A DNA stretch of 64,000 nucleotides, taken from a virus. A program made the position numbers and the translations under genes. Shown here one piece after another: positions 37,918 through 46,846 of this stretch (position 1 is the first letter of the stretch; each line of letters begins with the position of its first letter). The notes under the pieces are model-generated. The model was given only the letters and a program-made list of their open reading frames with translations. It did not search any database and was not told the origin of the DNA. Location: IMG/VR virus record IMGVR_UViG_3300011115_000650; one strand, written 5' to 3'.

Positions 37918-38769
37918 TTATACGTTTAGTGTTTTATCCCAAGCGGATATATGTAATCTTGTTAAGCCTCTAAATCTATACTTCTTAGCCATCTCTAATA
38001 CGAATTGAGTACGCTCATGGAAGTCAGTTTGACTATCTAGTCCCGGCATACAAACCACGTTGGTAAGAGGTATGCGATATGGTACGATAAAGTCACGGAA
38101 TACTTCCTTAACATCATCTTCAGTTGAAATAACGAACTTAAATTGATAGTTATCATGCTCCATAATACGTTTAATAGCGTCTGGATTGATACGTTGTTTC
38201 TCAGTCATACCTGAGTTGGATAGCTTTGGTGAGCAGTTGATTTGACTTAACCAACTAAATAACTCATCTTCAATTACTATAGTACCGTTAGTTTCTATTT
38301 CATGGTACGGTATACATTCTTCAGTACTACCTGGTTGTTTTAATTCCCAATTACTCCAATACTCTAAAAAATTAACAATCGCCTCTTGATGTCCTTTAAT
38401 TGTAGGTTCACCACCAGTCCAAATAATGTGGATAGTACCATCTAGAATATCTTCATAGATACCTTGTTCCTTCCATTGATCAATCAGATATTGAAACTCC
38501 TTATCTTCACCTCTCCATAACCATTGTGATGTTGAATCACAGGTCCAGGTTGCTTTACCTTCAGCATGTAAATCACCGACGAATATCTCTCCGTCTTCTA
38601 GTTTTTCTTCTTTAGCTAATTGATTAGTAAACTTACGACTCATACCACAGGTTAGGTTGCATATACCTAATCTAACGAAATAAGACGGTACACCGCTACT
38701 TATTCCCTCTCCTTGGACTGAATAGAAGTCTGAGCTAATCAATAACTTGTTTGGATCTATTTTACTCAT
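37918..38769 (-). CDS. queE: 7-carboxy-7-deazaguanine synthase (radical SAM)
   Basis: FYSVQGEG, FVRL..CNLTC...CDS, TGGEP, IETNGT, SPKL. Confidence 0.93.
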   Translation of the reverse strand: MSKIDPNKLLISSDFYSVQGEGISSGVPSYFVRLGICNLTCGMSRKFTNQLAKEEKLEDGEIFVGDLHAEGKATWTCDSTSQWLWRGEDKEFQYLIDQWKEQGIYEDILDGTIHIIWTGGEPTIKGHQEAIVNFLEYWSNWELKQPGSTEECIPYHEIETNGTIVIEDELFSWLSQINCSPKLSNSGMTEKQRINPDAIKRIMEHDNYQFKFVISTEDDVKEVFRDFIVPYRIPLTNVVCMPGLDSQTDFHERTQFVLEMAKKYRFRGLTRLHISAWDKTLNV

Positions 38770-39052
38770 TTGGATAATATTTATTTAATAATTTGTTTTC
38801 TTTTTCTAAGCAAGGATAACAAACATATCCTCTACTTACAGTGTTTAATGCTTGATCGTAGGACGATAATTGGTCTAATTCCTGAGATTCTTCTTCTGTT
38901 AGATCGTTACGTTCTAAATTTTTCCACCACTCTTCTCCCCATTTTTCTTTCTTTTTTTCTATCTCAGGAACAGGCATTGTCATTGCCTGGAATCCATAGT
39001 ATAATTCTTCAGGTTTAAATTCATTTCCACAGAATTGACATTTGTTACTCAT
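38762..39052 (-). CDS. Zn-finger hypothetical protein
   Basis: CQFC...CYPC. Confidence 0.62.
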   Translation of the reverse strand: MSNKCQFCGNEFKPEELYYGFQAMTMPVPEIEKKKEKWGEEWWKNLERNDLTEEESQELDQLSSYDQALNTVSRGYVCYPCLEKENKLLNKYYPNE

Positions 39053-39055
39053 AGG

Positions 39056-39205
39056 TTATTTTTTTACTACTTCTTTAGCAGGATTTGTGGCTGCTTTCCA
39101 TTCAGATTTAGATACGTACTCCCACTGAGTACCTATCATTTGATGGGCTTGTTGGTCAGATACTCTGACGATGTTTGATGTTTTTCTGTTCTTTAGACAC
39201 TTCAT
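39056..39205 (-). CDS. Small hypothetical protein (49 aa)
   Basis: Manual translation MKCLKNRKTSNIVRVSD...WEYVSKSEWK. Confidence 0.55.
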   Translation of the reverse strand: MKCLKNRKTSNIVRVSDQQAHQMIGTQWEYVSKSEWKAATNPAKEVVKK

Positions 39206-39245
39206 AGTTTTACCTCCATGTTTTTATTGTTAGTTAATATAAGGA

Positions 39246-39680
39246 CTATTTGTTGAATAACCTACGTACTTTATTTCTAATAGGTAGGTACCAATTTTCG
39301 TAGAAGAAAGTTTTTAATTTAAACGAGGTACTAACATCTTTAGTAAATTCATTTAAGTACCCCATTAACTCCATCATCTCTTGTTCGGTATAAGCTACCC
39401 CCGGTAACTCTTTTTCTTCATAGATCCATTTACCATCTACAATGTCTACTAACATATCTCTTTTGATAGGCTGTAGGAAATAGGTCTTTACCTGATCTAG
39501 GATCGTTCCTATATCTTTTGTCATTAAATCTCCATACGTAACCTGGTAGTCAGGTATACCGCAGATTTCAAAAGCTTGACTGTATCTCAGCTTCTTGGTT
39601 GGTAATCTAAATCTACAACTTGGACTGCTTGACGACCAGTAGGTATACCACGTACTAGTGCTCCATCTTGAATATGACAT
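39246..39680 (-). CDS. Hypothetical protein
   Basis: MSYSRWS..WY.YW N-terminus. Confidence 0.65.
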   Translation of the reverse strand: MSYSRWSTSTWYTYWSSSSPSCRFRLPTKKLRYSQAFEICGIPDYQVTYGDLMTKDIGTILDQVKTYFLQPIKRDMLVDIVDGKWIYEEKELPGVAYTEQEMMELMGYLNEFTKDVSTSFKLKTFFYENWYLPIRNKVRRLFNK

Positions 39681-39836
39681 ATCTTAATTTAAAATTGATT
39701 TAATGTAATTTAAACAATACTGTAGGGTTGGGTATTCGTTTAATACTCCTAAGAAGGTAAGGTGCTGTTCTCCGCATAAACCCAACCCATGCTGTAATGT
39801 GTGTAGTAATTCGTGCATAACTTTTTATTTGCTGTT

Positions 39837-40322
39837 TTAAGCTTTAGGGTCTTGATATTCTATATAACTCTTTGAATCTGCATAGCTCTTAAGAGGTGTG
39901 TAGTTTACCGATAACCAGTTCTGTGCTTGTTGAGGTGTGATAGATTCCTTGGTACAGGTAGCAAAGCCAGCTTCTGATTCATAAGCAGTCACTAGATGTA
40001 TCTGTAGAGCTGGATTGGATTCAAATATAACTGCCATAGCTAAGAAAATCTCTTTAGTTATATGTTGTATCGTAGGTTCACAGTCTTGATCCTTACCGTT
40101 TAAAGACATATTCCATACCTTTTGATCTTCTTGTACAGGTAGTATCGGACTCTGTATCACTGTATCTCCTCCAAGTGTTTCCTCTACCCAGCCAATTCCT
40201 ATTCTCTTAACTTCAGCCTCTGCTACTTCATAGTCACCGGGTTGATTTCCGGTGTAGTCAAAAATAAGTTCGTAGTTATAGGTCTTAAATACTCCTCTAG
40301 ATGTAATGTTATTTTTTTGCAT
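39837..40322 (-). CDS. Degenerate QueD/PTPS paralog lacking catalytic His/Cys
   Basis: TY.YEL.F, EVKR, PT.Q.I.KEIF and AYES layout of the T-fold; no HGH or C motif. Confidence 0.55.
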   Translation of the reverse strand: MQKNNITSRGVFKTYNYELIFDYTGNQPGDYEVAEAEVKRIGIGWVEETLGGDTVIQSPILPVQEDQKVWNMSLNGKDQDCEPTIQHITKEIFLAMAVIFESNPALQIHLVTAYESEAGFATCTKESITPQQAQNWLSVNYTPLKSYADSKSYIEYQDPKA

Positions 40323-40335
40323 ATTTGATTATGGT

Positions 40336-40806
40336 TTATAGATTGCTGTATATAGCAGAGTTTTTTGAATTTTCAAAAAATTCTACCCTCACAACTTTTA
40401 CTCTTCCTTCTGTCTCCTCTTGTATAAACCGGTTAACTTTGTTATATATGTACTCCGCAAATCGTTCTGCTCCTACTGGACCTTCCAGTACTCTTAACTG
40501 TATTACTCCTTTCTTGTCTAATTCTCTAAACAACTCTAACTCAGGATCGTCAGGTGCTAAGACAGTTGTATGGTCAAACATATAGTCCATCCACACTTTT
40601 GCATTCATGCCGTCAATTTGAGTTTTAGCTCTTTTTAAAATTCCAAAATCAGCTACCCAGCTTCTATGATCTAAATCTCCTTCGAAGGTAATATCGAAGT
40701 ATACAGCATAGCCATGTAATTTTGAACAATGCGTATCAACAGCCTTCCATTGACGAAATACTGTACTAAAGCCTTCGTACCTTTTTCTACTATTAAATTT
40801 TTCCAT
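40336..40806 (-). CDS. queD: 6-carboxy-5,6,7,8-tetrahydropterin synthase
   Basis: CSKLHGY, DFG, FDHT, GAERFA, FEN. Confidence 0.9.
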   Translation of the reverse strand: MEKFNSRKRYEGFSTVFRQWKAVDTHCSKLHGYAVYFDITFEGDLDHRSWVADFGILKRAKTQIDGMNAKVWMDYMFDHTTVLAPDDPELELFRELDKKGVIQLRVLEGPVGAERFAEYIYNKVNRFIQEETEGRVKVVRVEFFENSKNSAIYSNL

Positions 40807-40807
40807 T

Positions 40808-41530
40808 TTATTTTTTTAATTTTAAAGTTTCTATATTCTCTATACTCCAATTAGATATCTCCGATATTGTATATACGGCGTAACCAGCTTCTTTAAAAGT
40901 CTTACCTATGTGTAGTCTATCATGTTCTTTTAATTTATGGCTAGTAGCTGCTACTGCTACCGGCGTTATTATTTTACTCGAATTCAAACACCTCTTACGT
41001 AACGTACTCATATCGATACCTATACTTTTATGTGCAGTTAGTAAAGATGAGAAATTTCCTATTGGGGTTATGTAAATGTATTTAGCTTTTCCCCCCACTC
41101 TTAAAGGGCTTTCTTGAAACTCTACTACAGTGCAAGAACCTCTAGATCCTGTTGCTAAATCTAAGTAACTTACCGTTCCTGCAGGAGAAGCTCTCTTGAC
41201 CCTATTCCGTAGCTTAACTTTCAACTCTACTAACTGATCTGCTTCTAATCCTCTGTACGTATTTCCCCCTTCACCACCAGATGCTATGTTATAAAACTGA
41301 GAACTTTCTACTGCGTTTAACAGCTTTATCCACTTTATTTCGCCTTTTCGAGTATCCTCAACATTAATATACCTCTCCAGTATAATTCTAGTAAAGTTAT
41401 CAGCACCATACTTTTCGATAGCTCTTTTTAGTAACTTACCTGAGCCTATGTAGTTATTTGATTCTGGACCTTCGTATTTTCCTATATAGCTCTTACCGTT
41501 AACTAAACATACTGTTAAATATACAAACAT
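40808..41530 (-). mobile_element. GIY-YIG homing endonuclease
   Basis: FVYLT...SYIG...YIGSG, FYNIASGG. Confidence 0.87.
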
Positions 41531-41593
41531 ATCTTTATTAATAAATAGTGCCGAAGTTAAAAAATAGTACTTCGGTAGTGCTTACCGTATATT

Positions 41594-42103
41594 TTATAAG
41601 TATTTTGATATCTGTTCTAGTCTTTGTTCAATAGTTCCTGTGATGGTAATAAGTTTTTCTGTCGGTACGTACTCTCTAATAAAGTCTACGAATAATCCAT
41701 CTACTTTCTTCTGGAGTTCTTCGTTTAATCTTTCAGGGTCGTATACAAATCCGAATTCAATCGGTATATAGAAGAAGTTATCAACTTGATGTTTAGTTTC
41801 CTCAAATAACTCTATCATCGGACTAACATCAATACTTGGATGCAAGATCCTGGTATAGATTATACAATCAATAATACTACGGGTAGATAACACGTTTTGA
41901 TGTGTTAGGTAGTTTTGATATGCCCAGATAGAGAGTTCGTTGATAACGATCTGCTTTTCATGCTCAGAGAAGTCTAGCATCTTACTAATCTTATACACAG
42001 GTCTAGAAAACCCGTCTGTAATGTAGTAGTCTGGATATGTTCTCTGAACTTCTTTTAGTAGCGTGCTTTTGCCTACGCCATGGCTGCCTACAAGTATTTT
42101 CAT
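41594..42103 (-). CDS. P-loop nucleotide kinase (AAA_28/NMP-kinase-like)
   Basis: GSHGVGKST; RSIID; FYIPIEF. Confidence 0.78.
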   Translation of the reverse strand: MKILVGSHGVGKSTLLKEVQRTYPDYYITDGFSRPVYKISKMLDFSEHEKQIVINELSIWAYQNYLTHQNVLSTRSIIDCIIYTRILHPSIDVSPMIELFEETKHQVDNFFYIPIEFGFVYDPERLNEELQKKVDGLFVDFIREYVPTEKLITITGTIEQRLEQISKYL

Positions 42104-42128
42104 ATAGTCTTAATATAAGTTATTCTAT

Positions 42129-42698
42129 TCAATCTTCCAACTTAAAGATATTCTCTTTAAAAAATTTCTTCCAACTATCTAAAGAAGTTTCTCTTAACAG
42201 GTCATACATTTCGTCTAATGAGGTTGCGGTATTGTTAACAGCCGTAAACCTGACTACCTCACCTTCGTCCACTCCTTCGGTTACTTTATGGATTACCGAA
42301 CCAACGGTAGGATATTTACCCTCCCATGCTCTAATTTGAGGATCTTTACCCTTCAATTCCTCGTAGTAAGTTATCAATCCGGGGTGTCCGTTATAGATTG
42401 TCCGAGGACTATAACTAGCAATGAATTGCCCTGGGAGGATTCGTAGATATCCGTGAAGTGTTATGATATTACTGTTTAGGATATCCTCTTGGAGATAATG
42501 TTCTAATAGGGGATTAAACGGTATTGTTTTTAACTCACATCCCTCTGCTTTTAAGAATGTAGCTACTTTTTCGTTTAGCCTCTTAGGATTATTTGTGACT
42601 AGTATTTTAGGTACGGCATTAAGGAGGTTACAAATGTCGTAGACCTCCTTTCCCGTTTGACTTACAAATACTGTCCAATCAAGTTTAGCAAATGCCAT
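42129..42698 (-). CDS. PurN-like formyltransferase (DpdN-like)
   Basis: GYLRILP, NGHPGL, G..IHKVTEGVDEG. Confidence 0.85.
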   Translation of the reverse strand: MAFAKLDWTVFVSQTGKEVYDICNLLNAVPKILVTNNPKRLNEKVATFLKAEGCELKTIPFNPLLEHYLQEDILNSNIITLHGYLRILPGQFIASYSPRTIYNGHPGLITYYEELKGKDPQIRAWEGKYPTVGSVIHKVTEGVDEGEVVRFTAVNNTATSLDEMYDLLRETSLDSWKKFFKENIFKLED

Positions 42699-42701
42699 AT
42701 C

Positions 42702-43634
42702 TTACTGTCCCATTGTTTTTGTGGTATAATAATATTTAGACTTTAAACCTATATTAACTAAAGATTCTTTAGTCGCTCTCACTGGACATATATCTAAAGA
42801 TCCTCTTCTAGCATATAACAACATCACACTACATTCTTTCACCATTGGGTTCTTCATGATTTCGGTATATAGTTTTTCGGCACAAAACTCATGAAACTCG
42901 TTTACCTCTCTTAGAGAAATAACTAGTTTTAGTAGTTCTTGTTTATTAACTGTACCTCTATGTGTTACGATATTAAAGAATGCCGTACCGGTATCTTTTT
43001 GCTTGGTATGTCTACATCTTGATCTTAAGACGTTTGTAAAGAATGAAAAGTCTCCAGGTAATGTAGATGTATCGTCGATGATACTATAGAATTCCTTAGC
43101 TTGATAGTCTGTGATCTCTAATGCCTCTAATTCTTTATCGGTTAAACTCTCGTATAAATCTACATAACCTGTACCAGGATCGTAACTAAGTTTGCGATCA
43201 TCTCCGGATCTAAAGAATTTAACTTCAACATTTGCACCAATACATTGACTGATATCTTTTTGAACTTGTGTTTCATAATTGTAAATAGCTTCATCTACAG
43301 TCTTACCCATCTTACACATATCAAACGTGTTGAGGTATAGCTTAAATGATTTTGATTCTACCATAAATTCTGAGGTAGAAGGACAGATGATTTTGAGAGT
43401 ACCTGCTAGCGGTAATCCATTCTCTATAAGAAAAGTTGCTTCGTGACAATGCCAGACATCATATCCAACAAATTCATTACCGGTTATTCCCCAGTCTTGA
43501 CGTGCTGCTGAACGTGGCATTGGATTTAACTGCGAAGGATCGAAGGTTTCTGTGTAGACAGCGTATGAGTTTGCGGAGCCTAGAGATCTAGCTGCTGCAT
43601 CATTCATTGAAAGGTTACTAGTGTTTATTGACAT
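42702..43634 (-). CDS. queF: NADPH-dependent preQ0 reductase (bimodular QueF)
   Basis: ESKSFKLYLN, RSRC...QKD, FHEFCAE, YARRG. Confidence 0.9.
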   Translation of the reverse strand: MSINTSNLSMNDAAARSLGSANSYAVYTETFDPSQLNPMPRSAARQDWGITGNEFVGYDVWHCHEATFLIENGLPLAGTLKIICPSTSEFMVESKSFKLYLNTFDMCKMGKTVDEAIYNYETQVQKDISQCIGANVEVKFFRSGDDRKLSYDPGTGYVDLYESLTDKELEALEITDYQAKEFYSIIDDTSTLPGDFSFFTNVLRSRCRHTKQKDTGTAFFNIVTHRGTVNKQELLKLVISLREVNEFHEFCAEKLYTEIMKNPMVKECSVMLLYARRGSLDICPVRATKESLVNIGLKSKYYYTTKTMGQ

Positions 43635-44406
43635 AGCTTTTAAAGGTTTTAACGTTTTTGAAGATTAGATCTATCTGCTCGGGTGTTAGCTCGATATCTA
43701 GGTTATCGGCTAGTTTTGCTTTGGGTTTAGGTTGTACTAGACCGTGTTCACCTAATTCATTACCTAACCATCCGTTGATGATTGGAGAGCTGGTATCGAG
43801 AGAATACAAGTGTTTGGTTAGATGCGGTTGATAGTACTTATATAACTGAAACTCTACCGGATCTTGACATCCAAGTAAATGGAACTTATACTTACCTTGA
43901 TTTGCGTAGGTAAACCTGTTGGCATACCACCAGTTTAAGAATCTAAATCGAACTGTTACGAAATCTGATTGAGGTATTAGGTCGAAAGGTAATGCTATGA
44001 TATCTACTTTGTGTTCGGTGTAGAAATCAATACAGTTAGCGATCTGTTCGAAAGTCTCTCCCTGACATACTCCAATATACTCTAAGTCATCGGATTTAAA
44101 GTTGCTTAGATAGTTTTCAGCATTAGTCAAGGTCTGCATATAGTCATTAACCTTATCTGGTAATACTAGATGGGTTGGTTTGTATTCTTCTCCTAATTCA
44201 TATAACTCCCCCATGGGTATTGACTCTCCTAATTCAAAAGCTGAATTATCTAAGATAGAATAGGAAGCAGTCTTTAGCCTCTCTCTATAGTAGTCAGCAT
44301 ACTCTTTGTCTTGGTTTAATAAGTGACCTAAGACATAGGGGTAGTCCGAAATTAGATCATGGTAGGGAAATAACTGTTTAGGTATTTCGTGGGATATTTT
44401 CATCAT
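43618..44406 (-). CDS. Divergent TGT/DpdA-like guanine transglycosylase (DpdA3-like)
   Basis: ILDNSAF, LPD, VCQG, HLLG and SLDTSS motifs of the TGT barrel; located between queC and queF. Confidence 0.75.
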   Translation of the reverse strand: MMKISHEIPKQLFPYHDLISDYPYVLGHLLNQDKEYADYYRERLKTASYSILDNSAFELGESIPMGELYELGEEYKPTHLVLPDKVNDYMQTLTNAENYLSNFKSDDLEYIGVCQGETFEQIANCIDFYTEHKVDIIALPFDLIPQSDFVTVRFRFLNWWYANRFTYANQGKYKFHLLGCQDPVEFQLYKYYQPHLTKHLYSLDTSSPIINGWLGNELGEHGLVQPKPKAKLADNLDIELTPEQIDLIFKNVKTFKSYVNKH

Positions 44407-44422
44407 GTTTGTTGTTTAATAA

Positions 44423-45304
44423 TTAATGAAATTCTGCTAATACTTGTTCTACTTGACTCTTTGCAAATTGCCAACTCACAGGCCCAATTTCATCAGCATA
44501 TTCTACAGGATCTGGACGACCTAATTTAATAAATGCTTCAATACGTTCTACTGATGCTGCTGATTTGTAGTCAGAAAACCATACCATTTCAGCATCTTCA
44601 GAATTACCTATTACGTGTTGGATTGGTTTATAAGATGTATTAGTACGCTTATATACCTCATCAAAATCTAATCTTAATTCTTCACAGCATTTCAAACCAT
44701 CTTCCAATATACCAAATTTATCAATATCAAGATATGGAGTATAGAATGATACTAATTCAGAATCCCAATTACCGATTCTAAATGCTTCCATATCAGCATC
44801 TCTAAATTGTTGTCTACAGTCAGGGTATATAGCATGGTCTCCAGCATGTATTCCTAGAGCAATTGCTACTTGATGTTTATCACCGGTAGTAGCTAGAGAT
44901 AGTGCAACTGCTTGTATAATAGAACTAAATATCTTATTACGATTAGGTACAACAGTTTCTTTCATGTTGTCTTGTTGGTAGTGTCCTTCGGGGACTTCGT
45001 TACCGCCTGTAACTAGAGCTGAATTTAATAGCTGAGCTAGACCATCTAGTTTGATTACTTGATGCTTTACTATAGGATACACTTCTCCCCAGCCTCCAGG
45101 AGCTCTATCTGCTGGATATACTCTAGTCGGTAATGTATTAATATACTTTACTAACGATTGTGCTCGTTCTAATTCTACTCTATGCTTTTGACCATAGTCG
45201 AATGATAGAGCGGTTACTTCATAGCCATTGGCAAGTAGATGAAGTAGTAATGTACTACTGTCTAACCCCCCGCTAAGGCTTAATACTGCTTGTTTTTTGT
45301 TCAT
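44423..45304 (-). CDS. queC: 7-cyano-7-deazaguanine synthase
   Basis: SGGLDS, FDYGQKH, VPNRN, YPDCR. Confidence 0.95.
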   Translation of the reverse strand: MNKKQAVLSLSGGLDSSTLLLHLLANGYEVTALSFDYGQKHRVELERAQSLVKYINTLPTRVYPADRAPGGWGEVYPIVKHQVIKLDGLAQLLNSALVTGGNEVPEGHYQQDNMKETVVPNRNKIFSSIIQAVALSLATTGDKHQVAIALGIHAGDHAIYPDCRQQFRDADMEAFRIGNWDSELVSFYTPYLDIDKFGILEDGLKCCEELRLDFDEVYKRTNTSYKPIQHVIGNSEDAEMVWFSDYKSAASVERIEAFIKLGRPDPVEYADEIGPVSWQFAKSQVEQVLAEFH

Positions 45305-45377
45305 ATAAAAATTAAAATTATTAATACAGGGTGTATTATTTTATGAATCGATTAACCCTATAACCGATATATTAAAT

Positions 45378-45947
45378 TTATGCTTTTTGTTTAAATCTTC
45401 CAATAAATCGACCGTGTATTTTTTCATGGCATTCTACACAAACTGCTTTACCGTTCTCAACACTAAAAGCTTTACTTAAATCTTCACTTATTGGAACTAT
45501 GTGATGAGCATGTAAGTAACTTTTTGCACCACAGTCTTGACAGGTGTAATTATCTCTCTTAAAAACTTCCTGCCTCCACTCTTTCATTTTAGGGTCATTC
45601 CTCTTTTTTTGATTAGCACCCGTTTTACCTCCTTTCCAGTTATTATTTGCAGGACCTGTTTGATTACGTCCATATGCAGGATTGTCTTTTCCTTTCTTAA
45701 ATTGAGTTTGTTTTGCTTTTTCCGATACTTTTAAAGCTTTTGAGAGATTTGCTTTATGTGATTCTGATTTAGGTTTTCCAGTTAATGCTAGAGATAGTTT
45801 CTCTCTCATTCCTGGAGTACATCTTTTCTCTACAGTGCTCTTATTAGCACACTTCTTACTACAGTATTCTCTTTTTAAATAATTCTCTTTTGATGTTCTA
45901 GTCGTATTTTCGAATTCAGCTCCACACACTTTACACGTAGGTTTCAT
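45378..45947 (-). mobile_element. HNH homing endonuclease with NUMOD3
   Basis: RDNYTCQDC...HAHHI...NG...C..CH...H; GKPKSESHK. Confidence 0.88.
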
Positions 45948-45973
45948 AGTCACTCTTATTTATTATAAATAGT

Positions 45974-46015
45974 AAGACCTCCGGGTAAACACAAGACTGC
46001 TTGTTTTTTACTCAT
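45974..46015 (-). pseudogene. Relic queC 5' end (MSKKQAVLCLPGGL)
   Basis: Upstream of the HNH gene; the active queC begins MNKKQAVLSLSGGL. Confidence 0.85.
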
Positions 46016-46020
46016 ATAAT

Positions 46021-46296
46021 TTAAAGGGTTGTTGTTGAGTTAGTGTAATAGTTTTCTGCTTTTGCTTTACGGGCTATTCCATCAGCATCTATAATGCTTT
46101 TATAGGCTGGGTTACCGAAAAACTCTCTTAGGAAAGGTCTGGTGTATAACATTACCTTACCTGTATAGGTTCGGGTTGATATTTGTCGGGTAGATACAGG
46201 AGTTTTTTGCTCTAATGCATACTTGTAAACAGATTCACCTAAGTTCTTACCTGCCGGGTAGCCTAGGAAATCAAAGAGGGATAAAAATTCATTCAT
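46021..46296 (-). CDS. Hypothetical protein
   Basis: SLFDFLG..AG...G..V; Y.GKVMLY. Confidence 0.68.
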   Translation of the reverse strand: MNEFLSLFDFLGYPAGKNLGESVYKYALEQKTPVSTRQISTRTYTGKVMLYTRPFLREFFGNPAYKSIIDADGIARKAKAENYYTNSTTTL

Positions 46297-46334
46297 AACG
46301 TGTAATTGTTTTTTATTAATATAAGGAATATTGG

Positions 46335-46793
46335 CTAAGCCGCCAACTTTGTATTGCTGATTTGTTCGATATGGTTGTGTAGTTCTTCTAGATTACCATC
46401 GAAGTTATCCATCAACTCTATAACCTCTTCTTGACTGATACGGAAATACTTTGCAAATCCTTTCCTAAGGTTTATCAATCTCTGTGCTTCATCTTTTTCG
46501 TAGTCTTGAATCAATCTACGATACTTTTCCATGTATAGACTCTGTATATCTCTTTTCTTTTCTGGGCATACTACTGCATCCATTTTTTCATTCATTTCAT
46601 GAATAGCTAGTTGAGCCATCCAGTAGTACGAAGATAGATCATAGTCCCCATTAATAATACGTTCTAACATAGGCCGGTATTCACTCAGGGTCTGTGGTAA
46701 TTGATAGTTTCTCCACCATTGAAACTTGTTGTACTTAATAGGTTTGAGATGACCGATTTGAGTTAAAATAAACTCCTTACTCTGTACTTGCAT
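46335..46793 (-). CDS. Hypothetical protein
   Basis: ORF with a host-type promoter at ~46808-46839. Confidence 0.68.
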   Translation of the reverse strand: MQVQSKEFILTQIGHLKPIKYNKFQWWRNYQLPQTLSEYRPMLERIINGDYDLSSYYWMAQLAIHEMNEKMDAVVCPEKKRDIQSLYMEKYRRLIQDYEKDEAQRLINLRKGFAKYFRISQEEVIELMDNFDGNLEELHNHIEQISNTKLAA

Positions 46794-46846
46794 AACTTAT
46801 TTTGATATAAAGATCAGTACTCTATTTTAAAGTAGCAACTTTATTT

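Larger units (their letters stand above)
36915..37935 (-). repeat. Six copies of an 18-bp queE-3'-end repeat (AAAACA[C/T]TAAACGTATAA) delimiting single-ORF cassettes
   Basis: Copies at 36915-32, 37113-30, 37321-38, 37525-42, 37803-20 and 37918-35. Confidence 0.88.

Noticed and set aside
36915-37935. CRISPR array interpretation of the 18-bp repeats
   Set aside because: Repeats are short, non-palindromic and degenerate. The intervening segments are ~100-260 bp, unequal and each encodes an ORF. There is no cas operon; the Cas4-like gene is stand-alone and distant.
24105-45953. Group I introns or inteins housing the endonucleases
   Set aside because: thyA, polA, queC and queD are each complete contiguous ORFs. 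HEG flanks are only ~1-75 nt, too short for a ribozyme core, and no intein motifs were seen.
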